Below the pieces are notes generated by a model that was not told the origin of the DNA, made no database searches, and was given only the letters and a program-made list of their open reading frames with translations. DNA of 64,000 bases from Chrysomallon squamiferum (taxonomy: Eukaryota > Animalia > Mollusca), in contig CM022676.1 of NCBI GenBank assembly GCA_012295275.1, positions 10,912,001-10,976,000 of the forward strand, written 5' to 3'. The position numbers were made by a program, and so were the translations under genes. Below are positions 1 through 12,551 of the stretch, in pieces. How positions within the stretch are numbered: the first letter of the stretch is position 1; each line of letters opens with the position of its first letter.

Positions 1-278
1 CTGTAAGTATTGGCACTGTTACATGTGTATAAATGGGTGCATATAGTAATGTGTATGTGTATAAATGGGTGCATATAGTAATGTGTATGTGTATAAATGT
101 GAAATTACTTGGTAAGAGTACTGGAAATAGAAGAAGATAACCAAACAGCTGAGAATGACTTACTAAAATGAAATAATTTAACTTCATGGGTTATCTTAAT
201 GAGTGTGTGTGTGTGTGTCTGTGTGTGTCTGAGGGTGCATGTCTGTGATATGTTAATTTACTTGTCATGGTAACTTAC

Positions 279-3200
279 TGCTAATATCTTGAAGGCTGGT
301 AACAAACGATCATCAACGTGGTCTCTCAAATGAGTTTTAAATCTGTGACAAAATTTTATTACAAAATTATAATTGGAAAAGTAAAATACATTACAGCACT
401 TTATAAAGAAAATGTTTTTGTTTATAAATTATTCTTAATTATAGCTGACAAATGTTTACATATAAATTATTTAAAAGTATTTGTGAACTGTAATTTGTAA
501 TATTAATATTTCTTAATTTGGTTCTGAAATTGTAAACACACTAAACAAAATAGTTCTGTATTTTACTTTCATCTAGGAAAAAAAAGAAGAAAAAAAATGA
601 AAAAAAGAATTATAATAATAATAATAACAATAATAATAACATAAACTCCTGTTTTAGATAAAAAGACATATCAAACAAATGAGAAGGGTGATGTACAAAA
701 AACATGTAACAAAGAGAACTAACTTTTTCTCTAGAGCTATGTTACTGAGAGAGGAAAGACATAAAAAAACATGTAACAAAGAGAACTAACTTTTTCTCTA
801 GAGCTCTGTTATTGAGAGAGGAAAGACATAAAAAACATGTAACAAAGAGAACTAACTTTTTCTAGAGAGCTATGTTATTGAGAGAGGAAAGACATAAAAA
901 CCATGTAACAAAGAGAACTAACTTTTTCTCTAGAGCTATGTTATTGAGAAGAAAGACAAAAAAAACATGTAAAAAAGAGAACTAATTTTTCTCTAGAGCT
1001 ATGTTATTGAGAATAAAGACATAAAAAATGTAACAAAGAGAACTAACTTTTTCTCTCTAAGCTATGTTAAGAGAGGAAAACAAAAAAATAAACAAAGAGA
1101 ACTAACTTTTTTCTTAGCTATGTTAAGAGAGGAAAGACATAAAAAAAACAAAGAGAACTAACTTTTTCTCTAGAGCTATGTTATTGAGAGAGGAAAGACA
1201 TAAAAAAACATGTAACAAAGAGAACTAACTTTTTCTCTAGAGCTATGTTATTGAGAGAGGAAAGACATAAAAAAACATGTAACAAAGAGAACTAACTTTT
1301 TCTCTAGAGCTATGTTACTGAGAGAGGAAAGACATAAAAAAACATGTAACAAAGAGAACTAACTTTTTCTCTAGAGCTATGTTACTGAGAGAGGAAAGAC
1401 ATAAAAAAACATGTAACAAAGAGAACTAACTTTTTCTCTAGAGCTATGTTACTGAGAGAGGAAAGACATAAAAAAACATGTAACAAAGAGAACTAACTTT
1501 TTCTCTAGAGCTATGTTATTGAGAAAGGAAAGACATAAAAAAACATGTAACAAAGAGAACTAACTTTTTCTCTAGAGCTATGTTATTGAGAAGAGCTGCT
1601 GCTGTAGGTGCTACAGATGATGTACACCTCATCAATGTGAACAGCGATGACATCAACCTGAAACACAAATAATAATCTTTAAAACTACTTGAATTAATAT
1701 TTGTAATTACATCAAAAAAATAATATATGTATGTATTTAAAAGGTTTAAAATTTCAGTTGTCACAATGACAAACAATAATATTTTTTTTACAAACAAAGT
1801 ATTGTAAAAATGATTTTTAATTCAGAACGTGAAGACTGACCTGCAGATGTCAAACTTTGTAACAATAGTTTTACGTCCGATGTCTGAAATGGAGATTGTA
1901 TGTAACAAGTTGACACACGCAGTTTTCAGCATTCGGCCATGACATTTGACCTTGGACTCCAACATTTTAAGAATGTTCTCTGCCAAACTCTCATCGTCAA
2001 AGATATGCTGTTGGTTTGCTTCTGTTAATAATAAAAAATAATCAAGTGATAATAAAAATCATAATAAAAAATATAAAATATTAAGATTTTTGCAAGAACA
2101 AACCAGACGTAATTAATTTACTAATTTATATCTTAATCAATCAAAAGTTATATTAAATTATTAAATTTATTTCTTTTAATTACTGCACATATGTTTTTAA
2201 TCATTTATTTGTTGTTCTCATCAAATTTTCTTTCAAAGAATAAAAAAAAAAAATTCTAAGAACAGAAAACAATACCCGTGATCTACATTGTACATTATCA
2301 ATAAAAATTGACAATGTGCTTTAACAATTATATAGATGTAATAAAAATGTAAATTAATTATATTATATAGATGTAATGAAAATTTAAACTAATTATGATA
2401 TAAATAAAAGAATGAATGAATGTTTAATAATATATTGGCTACTGGCTGTCAAACAAAGTAAAATATTACAAAATGGTGTATTATCATATAACACAGATGC
2501 AATAAAAATGTAAATTAAATATGTTATAAAATAGATGTAAGAAAAATGTAGATTAATTATAACATTCCATAGATATAATGAAAATGTAAATTAAATGATA
2601 TAAAAGAGATATAATGAAAATGTAAATTAAATGATATAAAACAGATGTAATAAAAATGTAAATTAAATATGATATAAAATAGATGTAATAAAAATGTAAA
2701 TTAAATATAACATTCCATAGATGTAATAAAATGTAAATTAAATGATATAAAACAGATGAAATAAAAATGTAAATTAAATGTTATAAAACAGATGTAATAA
2801 AAATGTAAATTAAATATGATATAAAATAGATGTAATAAAAATGTAAATTAGATGATATAAAACAGATGTAATAAAAATGTAAATTAATGATATAAAACAG
2901 ATGTAATAAAAACATAAATTAAATGATATAAAACAGATGTAATAAAAATGTAAATTAGATGATATAAAACAGATGTAATAAAAATGTAAATTAGATGATA
3001 TAAAACAGATGTAATAAAAATGTAAATTAAATATGATATAAAACAGATGTAATAAAAATGTAAATTAGATGATATAAAACAGATGTAATAAAAATGTAAA
3101 TTAGATGATATAAAACAGATGTAATAAAAATGTAAATTAGATGATATAAAACAGATGTAATAAAAATGTAAATTAAATGATATAAAACAGATGTAATAAA

Positions 3201-6200
3201 TGTAAATTAGATGATATAAAACAGATGTAATAAAAATGTAAATTAGATGATATAAAACAGATGTGATAAAAATGTAAATTAAATACGATATAAAACAGAT
3301 GTAATAAATGTAAATTAGATGATATAAAACAGATGTAATAAATGTAAATTAGATGATATAAAACAGATGTAATAAAAATGTAAATTAAATATGATATAAA
3401 ACAGGTGGCTGACCATTGTCTGTGCAGGCTGCAGTGAACATGTCAAAAGCTGCACACAAAACATCTCTCTCTTCCTGAGTCAAACTCTTAACTGACACAT
3501 TTAAACATCTGAAACAAACATTCAAAATAGTAAAAAAAACAACCAAAAACCCACATTTTTATATATAAATATATATATATATATACACACATACATACAT
3601 ACATACAGTAAACCTTGCCTATGTCGTTTACCACATCAAAGTGCACAAGTCATCGCCTTAGCATAAGTCCTGATTTTTTAAAACATTATTTCCAATAAAA
3701 TATCATCTATGGGAAATCAGGTAAGTGATCACCTGACACAAACTGTAGTTAATTTCTAGTCATCTGTGACAAATCAGGTAAGTCCTCACCTGACACAAAC
3801 TGTAGTTAATTTCTAGTAAACTGTGAAAAATCACGTAAGTCCTTACCTGACACAAACTGTAGTTAATTTCTAGTCATCTGTGACAAATCAGGTAAGTCCT
3901 CACCTGACACAAACTGTAGTTAATTTCTAGTAAACTGTGAGAAATCATCTGGTAAGACACAAACTGTAGTTAATTTCTAGTCATCCTGACAAATTGTGTA
4001 AACTGACACAAACTGTAGTTAATTTCTAGTCATCTGTGAGAAATCACGTAAGTCCTCACCTGACACAAACTGTAGTTAATTTCTAGTCATCTGTGAGAAA
4101 TCACGTAACTTCTCACCTGACACAAACTGTAGTTAATTTCTAGTCATCTGAGAAATGACAAACTGTAGTTAAAATCACACAAATCAGGTAAGTCCTCACC
4201 TGACACCTGACACAAACTGTAGTTAATTTCTAGTCATCTGTGACACAAACTGTAGTTAATTTCTAGTCATCTGTGAGAAATCAGAAGTCACACCTGACAC
4301 AAACGAAAAACTGTAGTTAATTTCTAGTCATCTGTGAGAAATGTAGTTAATTTCTAGTCATCTGTGAGAAATTGTGTAAGTCCTCACCTGACACAAACTG
4401 TAGTTAATTTCTAGTCATCTGTGAGAAATCACGTAACTCCTCACCTGACACAAACTGTAGTTAATTTCTAGTCATCTGTGAGAAATCACGTAACTCCTCA
4501 CCTGACACAAACTGTAGTTAATTTCTAGTCATCTGTGAGAAATCAGGTAAGTCTTCACCTGACACAAACTGTAGTTAATTTCTAGTCATCTGTGAGAAAT
4601 CACGTAACTCCTCACCTGACACAAACTGTAGTTAATTTCTAGTCATCTGTGAGAAATCATGTAACTCCTCACCTGACACAAACTGTAGTTAATTTCTAGA
4701 CATCTGTGAGAAATCAGGTAAGTCCTCACCTGACACAAACTGTAGTTAATTTCTAGTGTACAGTGCATTCTTCTTACGAATACCAAAACACTGAGCAGGT
4801 CTTTTTGCCACCAAACACCGCAAGGCATTTGTAGCCAATGGATGCCTGGATCATAAAAATCTGAAGTTCCACTACTGACGAATTCTTGCAGCTAGACATC
4901 TAACCAATGAGACAGAATTCCAATTCAAATGGGACCTATTTCACACTCTTTTTGTACTTAAGACTGCATGATCTCGTGTTTCTCAAACAACAGTTGTCAA
5001 CTTTTTCAAAACAACTGTAAATAATGATGATGACATTAGTGTTGCAGCTGATGAGGATGAAGGTAAGGAGGAGAACCAACGCTGTCGTAACATTTGGTAA
5101 AGACTTCAACATGCCAACAATCTAAGAGTATGTTGATGTCGAAGCAGAAGAGGTTGGGACTCTAGAAATGAAGGATGCCAAGATCTCAGACTGTTAAGTC
5201 CAGCAATACCAGGACGCAGACGAAGCACTGCCAGTGATCAAGATATGGAATGTGATGACCCAATGGCTGAATCCTCCTCCAACTGTTAGTGAAGCTATCA
5301 AAGCTCTTGATGTTCTGAAGCCATTTGCTACATCAGTTGTAGACTGTCTGTCTGAGATTATTGAAACATTCAAACAAGGTGAAATTCGGAGGCTGAGGCA
5401 GACTGCTACTGAGGATAATGTTAACTGAATGAAAGCCTACACTGTAAGAAATGTCTTAATTTAAATTCTCAATGTACATTTGGAAACAACTACATGTTTA
5501 TAGGAAATAGCACATGATTATAAAATGCTATTAAACACTAAGTGTTTTAAATTAACATTTATCTTTTACAGTGCCAAAATCCCTAGTGTTCAGTGTTTTA
5601 AATTACCACATATTTTTTATTGTGCCAAACACTATCAACAGTGTTTGTTCTTCGATTTATTTCCCACTGATCTGAGTCCCTTTATGTGGTATGAGGAACA
5701 AAATCAAGTTGTTTTTGTTTGCTCAGAAAGTTGAAATTTATAAATTAATAAAATGTATAATGTACATGTACTTCTTAATCAAAGACAATCACCAAATATA
5801 AGCACAAGGTCTTCTCAAAGAATCCCGCAAGAATTTTGACACTATGGACGATTTCTTTGCTGATTACAAAACAACTTGGACATGTTAGAACATGCAGTAG
5901 AACCCTGCTTAAAAGGACACCATTGTAAGCAGGACAAAAGCACCCTGACTATGAGGACAGACAATTCAGCCCCTCAAAGGAGGTAGTTTAGTTCAGTTCC
6001 AAAGGTGTCCTTAAAAGTGGGGTTCTACTGTGTTCACGTACAATGTAAACTTATTAGTGTCATTAGGTTCTACTGTACCTGTGAAGTTCACAGTTATGTT
6101 CTTTTCATAGTTACTTGGCTCAGGTTGCAAATAAATGTTTTTATTTGAAAAATAAGCAGAATTTAAAAAATAATAAATAAAATAATTAAACAGTGTTGGC

Positions 6201-7615
6201 AGTGTTCACTAAATAATAAATAAAATAATTAAACAGTGTTGGCAGTGTTCACTAAATAATAAATAAAATAATTAAAGTGTTGGCAGTGTTCACTAAAACT
6301 GAGCCTGTCGTCTGCTTGACATCCACTGATAGTTCTCTGACTCCAACCTTTATCGTCACTGGTTTTCTTGCTTTCACACCGCGGTTTGTATATTGTAGTT
6401 CTGGCTCAACCCCAAATCAATTCTTTCTTGCCACATTTCTCTCAAAAGCCTGGTAAATTGAGGGTTTCTGGGTTACTGCATCAGTGCACACACAAATCAT
6501 CTTCCTGATGTAGCTTTGGTAATTAATTGATTAAATAATTGATAAGTTCCCACACAGCGGAGTTACATCTGTTAAAAATGATATGCAGCATCAAAGTGAG
6601 GTACATGTACAACACATAAGACACTATGCTCTGTGTCAACTCTACAGGGATACCTCAGGAAGACAAGTCGACAATTTGTTGACTTATATTTAGAAGTAGT
6701 CATTATGATGACTTAACTTTACTCATCACAAATCTAAGTCATCGGAAAAACGTTGGTCCTGAAAGTGATGATGTAGGCAAGGTTTACTGTGTAAATAAAC
6801 TAAACGAGGAAAGCCTGCTGTTTGCTAGATCTCACTGGTGCTTAACATTCTGTTTTTCAGCACCACATTTCAAAAACTTTTTAAACTTAAAGGCTTCTTA
6901 TGATAGAAGTAGTGTGTAATGTGGTTACACTTTATAAATGTACTGATTTCTCTGACACTGTGCTGCTGCAGCCCAATCATTGTACCAGATAACAATCACG
7001 TTACATTTACTACTTTTGATGGATAACAGTTAATGATAACGTTTACCTGGATAAAACTGGGTGTGATGTTGTCATAGCAAGACCCCCATGTGTTCTGAAT
7101 AATGTTTTATCTTCAGCTGAAAATAAAATGCAGGTAAATAAAATTAAATATAAAATATTCAAAAATGAAATAAACTTTATGCCATCTTCCAAAACTAATA
7201 AAATAAGTATCTGTTATGTGATCTGTTTAAATTAAAAATTTTAAAAAGTAAACATACAAATCAGACATATATTAATTCTGTCTCTTACATAAAATATTAC
7301 CATAACTATAAAAAAAAAAAAAAAAAGAAACAAAGTAGAAAAAAAATAATATTTTCTAAACTTGTTATTAGTTTTAAAAAATTCACAAAATCTGCTCAGT
7401 AAGAAATCTTGTTACATGTGTTGAGAACATACAGAAAATTTCACACACACACAACCCTGTATATATATATAAAATGTGTTAATACAGAAACTTGTTACTT
7501 GTGCACACACACACACACAGTCACACACACACTCACACAGACACACACACACTCACACAGACACACACACACTCACAGACACACACACACTCACACAGAC
7601 ACACACACACTCACA

Positions 7616-7656
<41 letters not shown>

Positions 7657-10600
7657 ACACACAAAATTAAATGTGTTACTTGTGTTCAGCAGGCTGGCAA
7701 TGACTCTGAAACCTCCGCTGTAGTACAGAGGCAGCTCTCCTGACTTCCCCACCTTCTCTATCAACTTGACCACACCCTGAGCGTCCACCTCCCCACACTC
7801 AAAGTGAGCACGGGCCTCCCTCTCCTGTCTGTCTGCAACCTCTGCCCGATCAACCTCAGCTATGTAGTCTGAGACCAGAAACATCAACAGCAATAATAAC
7901 AACATCAACAGCAATAATAACAACATCAACAGTAATAATAACAACATCAACAGTAATAAAACAACATCAACAGTAATAAAAACAACATCAACAGTAATAA
8001 TAACAGTAATAAAAACAACATCAACAGCAATAATAACAGTAATAAAAACAACATCAACAATAATAATAATACTAATAATAATAATTAGAATAATAATACT
8101 ACTAATAATAACAATAATAATAATTAGAATAATAATACTAATTATAATAATAAAAGCAATTAAAAATATAGAATTATCTGTTTTTGTTATTTACTTGAAT
8201 GTAACTTGCACTGTAAGTGAATAGTAACAGCTTCAGCATGTCTTTGTGTATTTGAGAAGGTCAATATATATCAGTGTTTGTTTTGTGTGCAGGTTTTAAA
8301 CAAATACAGAACGTGTCAGATTACTAACATGTATCAGATTACTAACTAACATGTGTCAGATTACTAACTAACATGTATCAAAATAACATTTTTAAGTCTG
8401 TGAATTCATGGATACTAGTAGGATATCTAGAATATTAAATACTGTATTCTGTGTTACCTTTAATAAGTTTCTCCTTCCGAGGATCAATCCTAATAGCTTC
8501 ATTGTAGTTGTCTCGAGCTTTCTGGAAATGTTTTAGACCCAGGTGAGAGCGACCCATGTGTATATATGCCTTGATACTCAAAGGGTTAACCTGTAGCCAC
8601 ATCAAACTCAGAGTTAATTAAAGCTCCAATCCATAATAATAAAAATAACAGATAAAATATTTTTAAAAAAAGCATTAAAAAAATAAAAATAAAAATTAAT
8701 ATTTACACTTAAAGGGTTAACTATTCAGCCTAATTTAATGGTCTAAAAGAAATAAAAGTAAATGAATAAATGAATAAATGAATAAAGAAAGAAAGAAAGA
8801 AAGAAAGAAAATAAAAATAATTATTTGTTTTAACAATATACAATAATTAAAAGAAAGAAATTTAATATGCATCAGGAGTAGAACTTTCGACAATTGTAAC
8901 GTGTTTTTTTATTGATTGCAAACTTAATAATTTTATAAAGGACTTTATTACTAAAATTTTATTATTACTGTTATAATTATTATTATTTAAGTTAAATGAA
9001 AAAATAAAAAATCATTAAGTTTTGTAATTTAACCTTTAAAGCCCATTCACAATCAACCAGAGCATCTTCAAATCTTTTCAGTTTGATGTTCGTCTGTGCT
9101 CGGTTTGTGTACAATGCCAGATTGTCCTTCTGTTTTGACAACCCCTATACCAATAAATAATAAATAAATATTACATACAAACACGAACTTAAATATAAAT
9201 AAATAAATAATAGATAACTACACCTACATAAAAATAAATAACACACATGCACAAAAATAATCAGACAAACAGATTGGTCAATAAATAAATAAGCAGGTGT
9301 AGAGTTGTACATAATAAAGTGTGTATGTATTTAGAATTGTACCTCAGTGTAGAGTTGTACATAATAAAGTGTGTATGTATTTAGAAGTGTACCTCAGTGT
9401 AGAGTTCTACATAATAAAGTGTGTATGTGTTTAGAACTGAACCTTTGTGTAGAGTTCTACATAATAAAGTGTGTATGTATTTAGAAGTGTACCTCAGTGT
9501 AGAGTTGTACATAATAAAGTGTGTATGTATTTAGAATTGTACCTCAGTGTAGAGTTCTACATAATAAAAAATGTGTATGTGTTTAGAACTGAACCTTTGT
9601 GTAGAGTTCTACATAATAAAGTGTGTATGTGTTTAGAACTGAACCTTTGTGTAGAGTTGTACATAATAAAGTGTGTATGTATTTAGAAGTGTACCTCAGT
9701 GTAGAGTTGTACATAATAAAGTGTGTATGTATTTAGAATTGTACCTCAGTGTAGAGTTCTACATAATAAAGTGTGTATGTGTTTAGAACTGAACCTTTGT
9801 GTAGAGTTCTACATAATAAAGTGTGTATGTGTTTAGAACTGAACCTTTGTGTAGAGTTGTACATAATAAAGTGTGTATGTGTTTAGAACTGAACCTTTGT
9901 GTAGAGTTCTACATAATAAAGTGTGTATGTGTTTAGAACTGAACCTTTGTGTAGAGTTCTACATAATAAAGTGTGTATGTGTTTAGAACTGAACCTTTGT
10001 GTAGAGTTCTACATAATAAAGTGTGTATGTGTTTAGAACTGAACCTTTGTGTAGAGTTCTACATAATAAAGTGTGTATGTGTTTAGAACTGAACCTTTGT
10101 GTAGAGTTCTACATAATAAAGTGTGTATGTGTTTAGAACTGAACCTTTGTGTAGAGTTCTACATAATAAAGTGTGTATGTGTTTAGAATTGAACCTTTGT
10201 GTAGAGTTCTACATAATAAAGTGTGTATGTGTTTAGAACTGAACCTTTGTGTACAATTCCAAGGCACTGAGATAATCTCCGCAGTGAAATGCGACATTTC
10301 CTCTTTCTTTGATTTCGTTTGCCTCTTTCTCTCTCAGTCTGCGTCGCTCGGCCCTCTCCGCAGCATCCTGCTCCATCGCAGCCATAAAAACACCTGATTT
10401 AGAAAAACACAAAGATTTAAAATAATAAAATAATAAAAGTGAAATTTTATAACAGATTTGATGTAAAAGTTTACTGATCCAGAGTAGAATATGCAGAGGA
10501 TTTTGTAAATTTGGTAAATCTGAGCAGATTTATTTCTTAAAGCTGAACCTGAGACATTAGCTGACTGACACTCTTGGGTGAAAAGCTGATCTATAAATCT

Positions 10601-11855
10601 TTCTGTATAAACAAATAAATTAGTAAATTTTTAAAACAACAGATTTTAATGTTAATAAATATTAATTGTTTATGGCAGGTTGGTTACAGCTGAGATGGGA
10701 GTTAACAGCAATTTTATTGATGTAAAAGTTGAAAACAAGCAGAAAAAGTACATGTATATAATAATTTTAATTAAGTATGTTTAGAAATATCAAGTAATAT
10801 TTTTTTAGTGAAACAAATGTTCTTCTAGATTGATTAAAGTTCAATTAAAAAACGATTTATTTGTTGATCATTTATATCTCTGACTATATTACAAGTATAA
10901 TATAACACAAATAGCTAAAGACTGTCATGTGTATATGTATGTGGGTATGAGTTGCCATGACAACATACCCTGACTGATTGGCCTGATGTCACCAACAACT
11001 GAGTCTGATGTTGATGATGTACTACTGTTGATAACTGTCTTACTAAAACCTGAAATGAAATTAACATTTTGAGTCAGTAAAAAGCAACTCTAAGAAAAAA
11101 AAAAATCTATTGTTATCTATTCCATTTTTAATTCAAGAAAAAATAAATAAAATAACATATACTCAAAAAATACACCAAAACAAATGGCAGCTCAAAAATT
11201 AAAAATATTTGTATTATGTTGTTGTTTTTAATCCATAGCATCATGGGTTCATTAGTACCAAAATTAACAACATATTAACCTGTTTTAGTTTTTGGTAGGT
11301 CATCATCATCTTCTTCGTCTCCTGAATGTTTTGACTGAACCAAAGCAACAACATCGTCAGCTTTTTTCATTGCGTCCTCTCTTTCCTTGTCTTCACTTGA
11401 GTTGAGACCTTTCATTATCGATTCTGGGGATAAAATGGAAAATATTTACACAAGGTTCTGTAACATTATACATAATAAAATTATAAAGAACAGTTAGTCC
11501 AATAAACATTAATAGTTTTGGAACGAGAACTATAGACTTAATTGTCAGAAAGCTAAAATTTTATTTTTTTGAACAGTAATCTATGGTTAACAATAATAAG
11601 TAAGTAATATTGGTGGCACAGCATTATTTGTTTGATCTAACTTATTTCGAGATTATACGATTTCAAAGCAACTACCAACTACTGTCATATCTCAAATGCA
11701 CATATCCAAATAATTAATGTTGTATGCACAGCATAATTTTATTAAGCAGATATTAAATTAAAATATCTGAATGACAAAGTCGCAGATATATTACCAAGCT
11801 GCTCAACTTTGTTGAGAAAAGATTCGAGATCTTTCGCATCTTGACTGGTAGCCAT
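279..11855 (-). CDS. TTC12: Tetratricopeptide repeat protein 12 (TPR + armadillo-like; dynein arm assembly factor); spliced, 3' part beyond the left edge
   Basis: Exons in transcript order: 11855-11795, 11423-11280, 11049-10969, (10602-10549 optional), 10393-10245, 9144-9034, 8590-8458, 7868-7680, 7116-7047, 3508-3414, 2021-1841, 1657-1565, 342-279. All have GT-AG flanks and matching phases. The translation [20 protein letters not shown]...[17 protein letters not shown]...KERGNVAF...LYTNRAQ...[10 protein letters not shown]...KAYIHMG...PLYYSGG...KTLFRTHGG follows human TTC12 as I recall it. Confidence 0.92.
697..1591. repeat. 67-bp minisatellite (~13 copies) containing the 3' end and donor site of TTC12 exon 1657-1565
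   Basis: Unit aaaaaacatgtaacaaagagaactaactttttctctagagctatgttaytgagagaggaaagacat; period 67 (e.g. 1317, 1384, 1451); the last copy overlaps the exon. Confidence 0.95.
2490..3404. repeat. ~37-bp AT-rich minisatellite ending ~10 nt from a TTC12 donor
   Basis: Unit acagatgtaataaaaatgtaaattagatgatataaa repeated in tandem. Confidence 0.9.
3713..4757. repeat. 57-bp minisatellite inside the pogo-like element
   Basis: Unit gtaagtcctcacctgacacaaactgtagttaatttctagtcatctgtgagaaatcac; period 57 (4444 to 4501). Confidence 0.95.
5100..5428 (+). pseudogene. Disrupted pogo/Tigger-family transposase C-terminal fragment
   Basis: Reads ...[23 protein letters not shown]... and then, in another frame, [18 protein letters not shown]...RLRQTATED, resembling the tail of TIGD/Tigger transposases; contains stops and frameshifts. 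Confidence 0.6.
5895..6030. mobile_element. 136-bp MITE (pogo-type CAGT termini) nested in the larger element
   Basis: Left end cagtagaaccctgcttaaaaggacacc; reverse complement of the right end cagtagaaccccacttttaaggacacc (~27-bp imperfect TIR). Confidence 0.75.
9297..10253. repeat. 50-bp minisatellite (~19 copies) containing the donor of TTC12 exon 10393-10245
   Basis: Unit gtgtagagttctacataataaagtgtgtatgtgtttagaactgaaccttt; the minus strand reads ACACAAAG|gttcag in most units. Confidence 0.95.
10951..10964. promoter_or_regulatory. X-box (RFX binding site) in TTC12 intron 3
   Basis: GTTGCCATGACAAC matches the X-box consensus GTNRCC-AT-RRNAAC, within ~1 kb of the starts of two ciliary genes. 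Confidence 0.55.
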
Positions 11856-12184
11856 TTTACTTGTTGATGGCAACTTAAAAAGGAGATTGGGAAGATTGTG
11901 TGTTTAGAAATTGATTTGTAAAATATTTTGATAGACAAATCTAATATTACGTTATAAATATCAATAGCAAAGTTATTTATTAACAAAAATCGGAACGGTG
12001 TTAAAAAGTTTCGAAATGATTATAAAATGCAAAGAAATGTTTCATTAATATTTAATGTACAGAAATCTCCCTGAAACCGGATATATTTCTCGCGGAAGTT
12101 TATATTGTCATGCGTACTGGAAACATTCCAAAGATAACAACCGAATTATTGTATAGCGTAGTGAAACAACTGTTAAATCTTTAC
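11856..12184. promoter_or_regulatory. Bidirectional promoter region shared by TTC12 and IFT57, including a probable IFT57 non-coding first exon ending at 12184
   Basis: Divergent ATGs ~700 bp apart and a CpG-richer patch. X-box-like TTGTTGATGGCAAC at 11861-11874 and a weaker ATCTCCCTGAAAC at 12065-12077. Donor AC|GTAAGT at 12184/12185 and acceptor tttcag at 12550 directly before the IFT57 ATG. Confidence 0.6.
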
Positions 12185-12551
12185 GTAAGTATTAGTATCC
12201 AGTTTTTATTTATGTTGTTTTATTTCTTTCTTGACAAAGAATTATTAAATATATATATATATATATATTTGTTATGTAGCTAAACAGTTTTTCCACGGTT
12301 TCTTTATATATTGACACCTGTTTAGTGCTTTCTTTTTAAAGTGTTTTGACGTGTTGTCGTTGTCATTGTTTTGTGATAAATTTTACTGAATAATTTAGTT
12401 TTATATATCTTCTATATTTAAAAATCATTGCTTCATTAAATTACTCACATTGTAAATCAGATCAGAAATAGTGGCTGACTCTATTACTGTCATAATTATT
12501 AATAACCAGTATTTTGATTAATTACTGATTATTATTGTCATTTATTTCAGA

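Larger units (their letters stand above)
3606..6789 (+). mobile_element. Degenerate pogo/Tigger-like (Tc1/mariner superfamily) DNA transposon in a TTC12 intron
   Basis: Terminal inverted repeats CAGTAAACCTTGCCTA (3606-3621) and TAGGCAAGGTTTACTG (6774-6789), with TA on the left flank and TG on the right. Internal remnant resembles a Tigger-type transposase C-terminus. Confidence 0.75.
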
